From positions 902 to 64,901 of the forward strand of contig DATMEO010000087.1 in assembly GCA_035556515.1 (NCBI GenBank): DNA of 64,000 nucleotides, read 5' to 3'. Below are positions 39,451-47,822 of this stretch, in pieces; the first letter of the stretch is position 1, and each line of letters opens with the position of its first letter. This stretch comes from Gaiellaceae bacterium (GTDB taxonomy: Bacteria; Actinomycetota; Thermoleophilia; Gaiellales; Gaiellaceae). The translations under genes and the position numbers were made by a program. The notes under the pieces are model-generated. The model had not been told where the DNA came from, ran no database searches, and saw only the letters and a list, made by a program, of their open reading frames with translations.

Positions 39451-39836
39451 TCGGCGTCGAGCGCACCGACTTCGTCGGCGTGCCCGTGACTGATCGCGAG
39501 CGGGCCGTGCGGTTCTACGGCGAGACGCTCGGCCTCAAGCGCAACCCGCTCGCGCACGACGAGTGGCCGGAGTTCGAGACCGGCAACGTCACGATCCTCC
39601 TGAACACGCCGGAGCAGACAGGTGTCCCGTTCAGCCCGAGCAACACGGCGATCGCGCTGCGCGTCCCCGACGTCGGCGCTGCGATGGAGCGCCTGAGCGC
39701 AGAAGGCATCGAGTTCTTCAACGAGGAGCCGTACGACTCGGGCGTCTGCCACATGGCGTTCTTCAAGGATCCGGACGGCAACTCGCTGATCCTGCACCAC
39801 CGGCACGCGCCGTACACCGACGGCTCGACCCCGTAG
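39447..39836 (+). CDS. VOC family protein, paralog 2 of 3
   Basis: ATGA overlap with paralog 1. TDFVGVPVTDRERAVRFYGETLGL...DSGVCHMAFFKDPDGNSLILHHR. Confidence 0.85.
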   Translation: MIGVERTDFVGVPVTDRERAVRFYGETLGLKRNPLAHDEWPEFETGNVTILLNTPEQTGVPFSPSNTAIALRVPDVGAAMERLSAEGIEFFNEEPYDSGVCHMAFFKDPDGNSLILHHRHAPYTDGSTP

Positions 39837-39838
39837 CC

Positions 39839-40198
39839 GTGCACGTCGAGCACGTCGACTTCGTGTCGGTCCTGACGCAGGACCTCCAGCGGGCGAAGCA
39901 GTTCTACGTCGAGACGCTCGGGCTCGAGGTCGAGACCGAGGGCGAGAGCGACATGGAGCTCCGCTGCGGCCAAGTCACGCTCGACGTCTTCGACCCATCC
40001 AGCATCGGCCAGCCCTTCGCGCCCTCGCCGGCCGGGCTCGCGCTGCGCGTCGCCGACGTCGATGCCGCGCGGTCCGAGCTGGAAGCCCAGGGCGTCGCTT
40101 TCGACGGCGACACGATCGTCACGGGCGTCTGCAAGCAGGCCTGGTTCAAGGATCCGGACGGGAACGCGCTGATGCTCCATCGGCGGTTCGACGCATGA
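39839..40198 (+). CDS. VOC family protein, paralog 3 of 3
   Basis: GTG 39839, 2 nt after the paralog 2 stop. VDFVSVLTQDLQRAKQFYVETLGL...VTGVCKQAWFKDPDGNALMLHRR. Its stop overlaps the sufD ATG (ATGA). Confidence 0.8.
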   Translation: MHVEHVDFVSVLTQDLQRAKQFYVETLGLEVETEGESDMELRCGQVTLDVFDPSSIGQPFAPSPAGLALRVADVDAARSELEAQGVAFDGDTIVTGVCKQAWFKDPDGNALMLHRRFDA

Positions 40199-41361
40199 CG
40201 AGGCCCGACCAGCTCGAGCGGTACCGGGCGCTGGCGCTGCCGACGACGAAGGACGAGTCGTGGCGCTTCACCGACCTGAAGGACTTCGATCCCGAGACGT
40301 TCGCGGCGAACGGCGCCACCGAGGTCGTTGCGGCCCCGGCGATGCTCGAGCTCGAGGCCGCCGGCGTCGTGCGGGTCTCCGAGGCGGGCCTCGAGATCGA
40401 CCGAACGCCGGACGGGATCCGTTTCGAGCGCCTGGACGAGCACCCGCACCTCGGCGAGCTCGTCGGCTCGGACGAGAAGTTCGCCGCGCACAACGCGGCC
40501 GAGTGGCAGCACGGGCTGCTCGTCCACGTGCCCAAGGGGGTCGTGCTGGAGCAGCCGCTGCTCGTGCGGATCACGAACTCGGTCGAGGGGGGCTCGCTCT
40601 TCTGGCGGCTGCTGATCGTGGCCGAGCCGGGCAGCCGCGTCTCCGTGATCGAGGAGTATGCATCGACGACGTCGGAGCTCTCCGGCTACCTGAACGCCGC
40701 GGTCGAGATCTTCGTCGAGGACGGCGCCAAGGTCGAGTACGTCTCCGTGCAGAACGTCAGCCGCGAGACCTGGCACTTCGGCAGCCACCACGCTCGGATC
40801 GATCGCGACGCGGAGCTCGACTGGGTCGCCGGCGGCTTTGGCTCGAAGAAGGGCAAGATCCGGATCCAGAACGACCTCGCCGGTCCGGGCGCCACCTCGC
40901 GCGTCACCGGCGCTTACTTCGCCGACGGCGTCCAGCACCTCGACTACGACACCTTCCAGGAGCACATCGCGCCGAACACGACCTCGGACTTCGCCTTCAA
41001 GGGCGTGCTCAACGACGAGGCGAGCGCGGTCTGGCGCGGAATGATCCGCGTCGAGGAGCAGGCGCAGAAGACGAACGCCTACCAGGAGAACCGCAACCTG
41101 CTGCTCTCGAAGTCGGCCCACGCCGACTCGATTCCCGGGCTCGAGATCATGGCGAACGACGTTCGCTGCACCCACGGCGCAACGCTCGGCCAGGTCGATC
41201 GCGAGCAGCTCTTCTACCTGATGGCGCGCGGGCTCTCGCGCGCCGAGGCCGAGCGCCTGATCGTGCGCGGCTTCTTCCAGGACGTGCTCGACCGGATCGA
41301 GCTCGAGCCGGTGCGCGAGGCGCTGGGCGCCGCACTCGAAGCCCGGATCCCGCAGGCCTAG
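40195..41361 (+). CDS. sufD: Fe-S cluster assembly protein SufD
   Basis: ESWRFTDL near the N-terminus, beta-helix repeats, C-terminal CTHGATLGQVDREQLFYLMARGL. Confidence 0.9.
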   Translation: MTRPDQLERYRALALPTTKDESWRFTDLKDFDPETFAANGATEVVAAPAMLELEAAGVVRVSEAGLEIDRTPDGIRFERLDEHPHLGELVGSDEKFAAHNAAEWQHGLLVHVPKGVVLEQPLLVRITNSVEGGSLFWRLLIVAEPGSRVSVIEEYASTTSELSGYLNAAVEIFVEDGAKVEYVSVQNVSRETWHFGSHHARIDRDAELDWVAGGFGSKKGKIRIQNDLAGPGATSRVTGAYFADGVQHLDYDTFQEHIAPNTTSDFAFKGVLNDEASAVWRGMIRVEEQAQKTNAYQENRNLLLSKSAHADSIPGLEIMANDVRCTHGATLGQVDREQLFYLMARGLSRAEAERLIVRGFFQDVLDRIELEPVREALGAALEARIPQA

Positions 41362-41382
41362 CGCGGCCGCTCGCCGCCCGGT

Positions 41383-44300
41383 ATGACTGCGCCTGTGCGG
41401 GCGGCGGTACGGGGTATCGGTGTGATCGCGGCTCTCGCCGTCGTCGCCGCGGTGGCTCAACCGGAGCGGGCCGCGACGAAGACACCCTCCTGCTCGGCGC
41501 CGCGCGCGACGGCCGGTCACACGAGCCGGGTCGAGCGAGCGCTGCGCACGCGGCACGACGTCTGGGGAAATGCGCTCCTGAACGCGCCCGACGGCCCGAG
41601 CTATACGGCCGCGCGGCGCCTGCTGCCGCCGCTCCTCTATGCGCGTGCACCCGGCAAGCGTCCTCTGACCGAGTCCGGCGTCTACTACCTGCCCTTCGGC
41701 CAGCCGAACGGCGCACGCGGTGCAGGCGCGGTGGCGCTGCACGTCGCCGACGGCAGCCAGGTGATCGCCGAACGCGTCGGCGGCCGGCGACTGACCGTCC
41801 TTGTCGGCGCCAAGGGTGGGGAACGCTACGGCTCCTGTCTCGCGCGCCTCGGGCACGCCCGCCTCGCCTCCGGCTGGCAGCCGATCATGGCCACCACCTA
41901 CACGGACGCGTCACGTGTGCGCTACCGGCAGGAGTCATTCGCGGCGCAAGCGTCCGAGACGGGCTCGCTGGTCAGCTTCATCCGGCTCGATGTCGACGCG
42001 AGGCGTTCCTCGGCGAAGTTCGTCCAGGTGAAGCTGAAGCCGTCGGTGCGGAAGCTTCGGCAGGTGCTCGCCTTCAGCCGCGGCGGCGCAGTCAAGCGGT
42101 CGGTGCTGACCTACCGCATCAGGCGCGGGACGACGCGGACGATCTATCTCGCCTGGATCAACTACCCGGGGCGGCGCACGCTCACCGTCGACGCAGCCCG
42201 CTACGACCGCGCCCGCCGCGCCGTCGCCGCGTACTGGAACGGGCGCCTGAAGGAGGGCACGGAGATCGTCGTCCCGGAGCGCCGGGTCAACGACGCCTAT
42301 CGCAGTCTCCTCGTCCAGAACCTGCTCCTGACATGGCGTTACAGCATCGGGAACCCGTATGAGCAGTTTTCGTTCCCCGAGGGCGTCGACGTCGCCGAGG
42401 TGATGGGCGAGCTCGGGTACGCCGGCGTCGCGCGGTCGATCATGCGCACCTCGCTGACGCGGAAGGACGTGCCCTATCCGAACTGGAAGATGGGCAAGCG
42501 GCTCGTCGGCTCGGCGCTCCACTACCGGCTGACGCGCGACCAGGCCTATATCCAGGGTGCGAACCCGACACTGCGGCGCTACCTCGACGAGCTCGGTCGC
42601 CAGATCGCCGACGGCGGTGGCGGGTTGCTCGGCCGCGAGCGCTACTCCTCGGACATCGACGAGCCGGTGCTCGGGCTGCACTCGCAGGCGACGGTCTGGC
42701 AGGGGCTGCGGGCGATGAGCCGCGTGTGGGTGGAGACAGGCAACGCTGAGCTCGCTCGGCGCGCGGAAAATCTCGCCGACCTGCTGGAGCCTGCGCTGCG
42801 CCGCGCCGTCGCCTCCTCGCAGCGGCTGCTCGGCGACGGCTCGCTGTTCGTACCCGTGCGGCTGCTCGACCGCGAGCCCGCCTACGGGTCACTGACCGAG
42901 GCGCGGCTCGGCAGCTACTGGAACCTCGTCATGCCGTACGCGCTCGCGTCGGGGATCTTCGTCCCGGGCAGCCCCGAGGCGACCGGGATCCTCAAGTACA
43001 TGCTCCGCCACGGCTCGCGCCTGCTCGGGGTCGTCCGCGCCGGCGCCTACGCGCTGTACGAGCGACCGGTCTATCCCGTCTCGGGCACCGACCAGGTTTA
43101 CGGGATCAACGTCGCCCGCTTCCTCGCGGACGGCGACGCGGCCGATCAGCTGGTGCTCAGCCTCTACGGCTCGCTGGCGGTGGCGATGACGCCGAACACG
43201 TTCGTCTCCGGCGAGGCGGCGAGCGTCGCACCCCTCGCCGGCAGGCACTTCCGCTCGATGTACCTGCCGCCGAACGGGGCGAGCAACGCGGCGTTCCTGC
43301 AGACGCTCAGGTCCCTGCTCGTGCACGAGAGACGCGATGCCGAGGGAACGCCCACAGGCCTCGAGCTCGCGTTCGCGACGCCGCGGCCCTGGTTGCGCTC
43401 GGGCCGCCGGATCTCGGTTCGGCGCGCGCCGACGAGCTTCGGCCCGGTTACGTACTCGCTCGTCGCACGCAGCGACACGATTCAGGCGACCGTGGACGTG
43501 CCGAGCCGACCGGCTCCGAAGACGCTGAAGCTCCGCGTCCGGCTGCCGCGCGGCCAACGTGTCGAGGCCGTGACGGTGAACGGGAAGCCGCTCGAGCTTC
43601 CGGCCGGCGAGCGGCCGGGCGAGACCATCGACCTCAGCGGTCTGGCCGGCCGCCTCGAGGTGATCGTCCGCTACGGCAGCCGCCGCCCGGCGTCTGCGGC
43701 AGGCGTTACGGCGGTCAAGCGGTTGCGGATCCGCTATGTCGCGCACGACGGCCGCCCGAGCACGGCGCACGTGGTGCTGCCGGCCTGGTACGGCCCGGCA
43801 GCCAATCCACCGCTGCCGTTGATCATCTCGCCGCACGGCCGCGGCCTGAACGGGCGCGCGAACTCGATCCTTTGGGGCAATCTGCCCGGCCGCGGCTCCT
43901 TCGCCGTGATCAACCCCGACGCGCGCGGCAGGCGTGTCGCCGGCCACTCGTGGGGCTACGCCGGCCACGTCGAGGATCTCGCCCGGATGCCCGAGATCCT
44001 GCGGACGACGCTGCCCTGGGTGCGAATTGACCGGCGGAAGGTCTACGCGTTCGGCGGCAGCATGGGCGGCCAGGAGACGCTGCTGCTCCTCGCACGGCAT
44101 CCGGGCCTGCTCGCCGGTGTTGCGGCCTTCTCCTCCGTCACCGACCTCGCGCTCCAGTACCGGAACTTCGACCGACTGCACTGCAAGAACAAATGCCGGA
44201 CGCTGCTCGGGAAGGCGCGGCTGGGCTCGAGCCTGCGCAAGCTCGCACGCATCGAGATCGGCGGCGGCCCGGGCCGCTATCCGCGCGCCTACGCGTCGCG

Positions 44301-44613
44301 CAGCCCGATGACCCACGCGCGCGCGATCGCGAGCTCCTGCGTGCCGCTGCAGCTCTGGTGGAGCGTCGCCGACCAGATCGTCGTCGACCAGCAATCGCAG
44401 TCCGGCAGGCTCTTCTGGCACCTCCGCCGGCTCAACCCGAGGGCGAACGCCGAGGCGTTCGTCGGCTTCTGGATCCACTCTGCCGAGATGCGCGCGCGCA
44501 CGGGGCTCCCGCTCGCACTCTCCCGCTTCGGGTTGCTCCACGGCGGGCGCGCATGGGAGAACGTCCGTCATGTCCGGACGCCCGCCGAAGGGGCGTGCAC
44601 GCGCGGAGGCTAG
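41383..44613 (+). CDS. large secreted fusion protein: roughly 750-aa N-terminal region (helical, glycosidase-like by guess) plus C-terminal alpha/beta-hydrolase (S9/esterase-like) domain
   Basis: Signal-like IGVIAALAVVAAVAQPERA. The C-terminal domain has LIISPHGRG and the nucleophile elbow FGGSMGGQETLLLL. The N-terminal family is not recognised with confidence. Confidence 0.8.
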   Translation: MTAPVRAAVRGIGVIAALAVVAAVAQPERAATKTPSCSAPRATAGHTSRVERALRTRHDVWGNALLNAPDGPSYTAARRLLPPLLYARAPGKRPLTESGVYYLPFGQPNGARGAGAVALHVADGSQVIAERVGGRRLTVLVGAKGGERYGSCLARLGHARLASGWQPIMATTYTDASRVRYRQESFAAQASETGSLVSFIRLDVDARRSSAKFVQVKLKPSVRKLRQVLAFSRGGAVKRSVLTYRIRRGTTRTIYLAWINYPGRRTLTVDAARYDRARRAVAAYWNGRLKEGTEIVVPERRVNDAYRSLLVQNLLLTWRYSIGNPYEQFSFPEGVDVAEVMGELGYAGVARSIMRTSLTRKDVPYPNWKMGKRLVGSALHYRLTRDQAYIQGANPTLRRYLDELGRQIADGGGGLLGRERYSSDIDEPVLGLHSQATVWQGLRAMSRVWVETGNAELARRAENLADLLEPALRRAVASSQRLLGDGSLFVPVRLLDREPAYGSLTEARLGSYWNLVMPYALASGIFVPGSPEATGILKYMLRHGSRLLGVVRAGAYALYERPVYPVSGTDQVYGINVARFLADGDAADQLVLSLYGSLAVAMTPNTFVSGEAASVAPLAGRHFRSMYLPPNGASNAAFLQTLRSLLVHERRDAEGTPTGLELAFATPRPWLRSGRRISVRRAPTSFGPVTYSLVARSDTIQATVDVPSRPAPKTLKLRVRLPRGQRVEAVTVNGKPLELPAGERPGETIDLSGLAGRLEVIVRYGSRRPASAAGVTAVKRLRIRYVAHDGRPSTAHVVLPAWYGPAANPPLPLIISPHGRGLNGRANSILWGNLPGRGSFAVINPDARGRRVAGHSWGYAGHVEDLARMPEILRTTLPWVRIDRRKVYAFGGSMGGQETLLLLARHPGLLAGVAAFSSVTDLALQYRNFDRLHCKNKCRTLLGKARLGSSLRKLARIEIGGGPGRYPRAYASRSPMTHARAIASSCVPLQLWWSVADQIVVDQQSQSGRLFWHLRRLNPRANAEAFVGFWIHSAEMRARTGLPLALSRFGLLHGGRAWENVRHVRTPAEGACTRGG

Positions 44614-45026
44614 GCCTCGATCGCGCCCCAGGCCTCCGGCGGCACGTCGCGCACGTGCGTCGAGAACATCCAGAGGTGGCCCTCGGCGTCGTAGGCGTCG
44701 TAGCGGCGGTCGCCGTAGGGCGTGTCCTCCGGCCCGCGCCGGATCTCCGCACCCGCCGCGCGGGCACGCTCGTAGTGCGCATCGACGTCGTCGACGTACA
44801 CCTGGACCTGCGCCGGCCAGCCGCCTGAGCTCTTCGGGCTGCGGTAGTCGTCGCCCGGATCGCCCATCATGATCGAGCCGCCGCCGATCGCCATCTCGGC
44901 GTGTGTGACCGTTCCGTCCTCGTCCGCGAAGCGGAGCACCTCCTCGAACCCGAACGCCCGCGTGAGCCAGGCGAGCATCGACGCGCAGTCCTCGTAGAGG
45001 AGGTACGGGATCACCGTCTGCGCCAC
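44610..45026 (-). CDS. VOC family protein (PhnB-like)
   Basis: VIPYLLYEDCASMLAWLTRAFGFEE...HAEMAIGGGSIMMGD...YGDRRYDAYDAEGHLWMF. It converges on the upstream gene with a 4-nt overlap. Confidence 0.8.
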   Translation of the reverse strand: MAQTVIPYLLYEDCASMLAWLTRAFGFEEVLRFADEDGTVTHAEMAIGGGSIMMGDPGDDYRSPKSSGGWPAQVQVYVDDVDAHYERARAAGAEIRRGPEDTPYGDRRYDAYDAEGHLWMFSTHVRDVPPEAWGAIEA

Positions 45027-45140
45027 GACTCGATGGTACGCCTGAAGAGGTCGCTGGAGCTACCTTCGCCTTGACATGTCACGGGTCCAAGGTCGACACT
45101 CATGGCCGTGCTCCGCGCCCCGACCCGAGGAGGACAGGTC

Positions 45141-46163
45141 ATGCGCCGACTGGCCCTGACGCTACTCGCCGCCGCGCTCTGTGCCGCGCTGGCGACCGTG
45201 CCCGCAAGCGCACGGTCCGACGTCCGCACCGTCGACTCGATCGACTATGCAACGTCGTTCGGGAACTTCGGCCGCGACGCCTATGTGTACGTCGCGATCG
45301 AGAAGGGCTACTTCCGGCAGGCCGACCTCGAGGTCAACGTCACCAGCGGCCCCGGCTCGGTCGACAACATGAAGTTCGTCGCGGCCGGGCGGCTCGACTA
45401 CGCTCCGGTCGACATCGGCGCCCTCGTCGTCACGCGCGCGAACGAAAACGTGCCGGTGAAGGTGGTGAGCGTCGTCCACCAGAACACGATGTCGGCGATC
45501 CTGTCGCTGCAGGAGTCGGGCCTGCGGCGCCCGCAGGATCTCGTCGGCAAGACACTGGCGGACTCCCCGGCGTCGACCGTCCGTGTGCTCTTCCCGCTCT
45601 ATGCGAAGAAGGCCGGGATCGATCCTGCGCGTGTGAGCTGGCGCGACGCGGCACCGCCCGCGCTGCCGGCGCTGCTGGCGTCGAAGCAGGTCGACGGGAT
45701 CGGGCAGTTCGTCGTCGGCCGGCCTCTGATCGCCGCCGCCGCCGGCAAGCCCGTCGTCGCGCTCCGTTACTCGGATCACCTGCCGGGCCTGCTCGGAATC
45801 GGGATCATCGCCTCGGACACGAAGATCCGCTCGCGCCCGGGTGAGGTGCGGCGCTTCGTCCGGGCGATCAACCGCGGCCTCAAGTACGCACTCGACAACC
45901 CTGTCGAGGCCGGTCGGATCCTGAAGAAGCACCAGCCGCTCGTGAACGAGGAGGTCGCGGTGCGCGAGCTGAAGACGATGAAGTTCTTCGTCGAGACCCA
46001 GGGAGCGCGCCGGCACGGCATCGGCTACATCGACATCCAGAAGATGAAGTCGACCACCAGTGTCGTCGCGAGTGGCTTCCGGCTGCAGGCCAAGATCGGC
46101 TACCGAGACATCTACGCTCCGAACTTCGTCAAGACGGCGACGTACGTGCCGCCGAAGAAGTGA
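45141..46163 (+). CDS. ABC transporter substrate-binding protein (NMT1/THI5-like, NitT/TauT family)
   Basis: RBS GAGGAGGA, ATG 45141, signal peptide LALTLLAAALCAALATVPASA. Periplasmic binding fold pattern (GYFRQADLEVNV...GRLDYAPVD). Confidence 0.85.
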   Translation: MRRLALTLLAAALCAALATVPASARSDVRTVDSIDYATSFGNFGRDAYVYVAIEKGYFRQADLEVNVTSGPGSVDNMKFVAAGRLDYAPVDIGALVVTRANENVPVKVVSVVHQNTMSAILSLQESGLRRPQDLVGKTLADSPASTVRVLFPLYAKKAGIDPARVSWRDAAPPALPALLASKQVDGIGQFVVGRPLIAAAAGKPVVALRYSDHLPGLLGIGIIASDTKIRSRPGEVRRFVRAINRGLKYALDNPVEAGRILKKHQPLVNEEVAVRELKTMKFFVETQGARRHGIGYIDIQKMKSTTSVVASGFRLQAKIGYRDIYAPNFVKTATYVPPKK

Positions 46164-46182
46164 GGAGGGCGGCGGCCGCGCC

Positions 46183-46956
46183 GTGATCTCGATCGCAGGC
46201 GTCTCGAAGTCGTTCCCGGCCCGCGGGCGCGGTCAGTCGGCGTTGCGCGCGCTCGAGCGAATCGATCTCGAGGTCGATGAAGGTGAGCTCGTCACGCTGG
46301 TCGGCCGCTCGGGCTGCGGCAAGTCGACGCTGCTGCGGATCCTCGCGGGGCTGATCCCGCCGAGCGAGGGCCGGGTGACCATCGCCGGCAAGGAGGTGCG
46401 CGGGCCGAGCAGTGCCGTCGCCCTCGCCTTCCAACGGCCGGCGCTCCTGCCGTGGCGAAACGTGCTCCAGAACGTGCTCCTGCCGGTGGAGATCCTCGGC
46501 CTCGGTCGGCAGGCGCACCGGCGGAAGGCGGAGGAGCTGCTCGCGCTCGTCGGGCTCGCGGGCTTCGAGAGCAGCGCACCCTACGAGCTCTCCGGTGGCA
46601 TGCAGCAGCGCGTCGCACTCTGCCGGTCGCTCATCTACGAGCCGCGCGTGCTGCTGATGGACGAGCCGTTCGCCGCCCTCGACGCGCTCACGCGCGAGGA
46701 GCTGTCCCTCGAGCTCCAGCGGATCCTGGCGGAGCGGGGAAAGACGATCGTCTTCGTCACGCACTCGATCTCGGAGGCCGTCCTGCTCGCCGACCGGGTC
46801 GTCGTGATGACGCCGCGGCCGGGGCGGATCGCCGAGATCGTCCCCGTCGAGGCGGAGCGGCCGCGCTCGCTCGGGATGGCGGGCTCCGAGCAGCTCGCGC
46901 ACGCGAGCGCCCGCGTGCACGACCTGTTGTTCGCGCCGGACGCCGCGGCGGCATGA
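46183..46956 (+). CDS. ABC transporter ATP-binding protein (NitT/TauT family)
   Basis: Walker A GRSGCGKSTLL, signature LSGGMQQRVAL, Walker B LLMDEPFAALD. GTG 46183. Confidence 0.92.
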   Translation: MISIAGVSKSFPARGRGQSALRALERIDLEVDEGELVTLVGRSGCGKSTLLRILAGLIPPSEGRVTIAGKEVRGPSSAVALAFQRPALLPWRNVLQNVLLPVEILGLGRQAHRRKAEELLALVGLAGFESSAPYELSGGMQQRVALCRSLIYEPRVLLMDEPFAALDALTREELSLELQRILAERGKTIVFVTHSISEAVLLADRVVVMTPRPGRIAEIVPVEAERPRSLGMAGSEQLAHASARVHDLLFAPDAAAA

Positions 46957-47765
46957 GCACGGTCGTGCAACCCACACCCCAGTCGCAGCGCCGGCGTCGG
47001 CTTCATCTGCGCGCCGTGGCCGGCGTCGTGCTGCCGCTGGCGACGCTTGCGCTGCTCGTCGTCGCGTGGGAGCTCGCGACGAGGATCTTCGACTGGCCGA
47101 TCTGGCTCGTCCCAGGTCCGGGTGACGTCTGGAGCGCGCTCGTCGAGAATCGCTCGCTCCTGCCTCGGCACTTCCGCGTCACCCTCGTGGAGACGCTCGG
47201 GGGCTTCGCGCTCGCGATCTGCGTCGGCATCCCGCTCGCCGTCGCGATCGCCTCGTCGAGACTGCTGGAGCGCACGATCTACCCCGTCCTGCTCGGGCTG
47301 AACGCCGTCCCGAAGATCGCGATTGCGCCGATCCTCGTCCTCTGGATGGGCTTCGGCTACGGCCCGAAGATCGTCGTCACATTCCTGCTCTGCATCTTTC
47401 CGATCGTGATCTCGACCGCGACCGGTCTCAAATCGACGCCGCCGGAGCTCGTGGAGCTCGTGCGCTCGCTCGACGCCTCGCGTTTCGCACTCTTTCGGCG
47501 CGTGCGCTTCCCATCGGCGTTGCCGCACATCTTCGTCGGGCTGAAGGTCGCGATCTCGCTCGCGGTCATCGGCGCCGTGATCGGAGAGTTCGTCGGTGCC
47601 GAGGCCGGGCTCGGCCACGTGATCATCGCCTCGGGCAGCAACGTCGACACCTCGCTCGCGTTCGGCGCGATGGTGCTGCTCGGCGTCCTCAGCGTCGCGC
47701 TCTTCTATGCGCTCGTGGGGATCGAGCGCCTGCTCGTCCCCTGGGCCCGCCACGAGGAGCACTAG
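46953..47765 (+). CDS. ABC transporter permease (NitT/TauT family)
   Basis: ATGA overlap with the ATPase gene. Six TM helices and an EAA-like loop (ELVRSLDASRFALFRRVRFPSALPH). Confidence 0.9.
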   Translation: MSTVVQPTPQSQRRRRLHLRAVAGVVLPLATLALLVVAWELATRIFDWPIWLVPGPGDVWSALVENRSLLPRHFRVTLVETLGGFALAICVGIPLAVAIASSRLLERTIYPVLLGLNAVPKIAIAPILVLWMGFGYGPKIVVTFLLCIFPIVISTATGLKSTPPELVELVRSLDASRFALFRRVRFPSALPHIFVGLKVAISLAVIGAVIGEFVGAEAGLGHVIIASGSNVDTSLAFGAMVLLGVLSVALFYALVGIERLLVPWARHEEH

Positions 47766-47822
47766 ATCACCGGCGTCGCGTTCGATCCGCTCGACCCGGC
47801 GCAGCGCGAGGACCCGTTCCCG

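Noticed and set aside
40260-42362. 700-aa plus-strand ORF across sufD and the large secreted protein
   Set aside because: It is an off-frame read-through of two well-supported genes, with Arg/Gly/Pro-rich composition.
45027-45140. TPP or other riboswitch upstream of the NMT1/THI5-like binding protein, and the palindrome TGACATGTCA (45072-45081)
   Set aside because: I could not find the conserved TPP aptamer elements (for example CUGAGA or ACCUGAUCUGGAUAAUGCCAGC). The palindrome overlaps a TTGACA hexamer and may just be a promoter or operator. The evidence is too weak to call.
47763-47765. Programmed read-through or recoding of the permease TAG to make a permease-P450 fusion
   Set aside because: I saw no recoding signal. 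A TM permease fused to a soluble P450 has no precedent that I know of. This is reported only as a start-codon anomaly.
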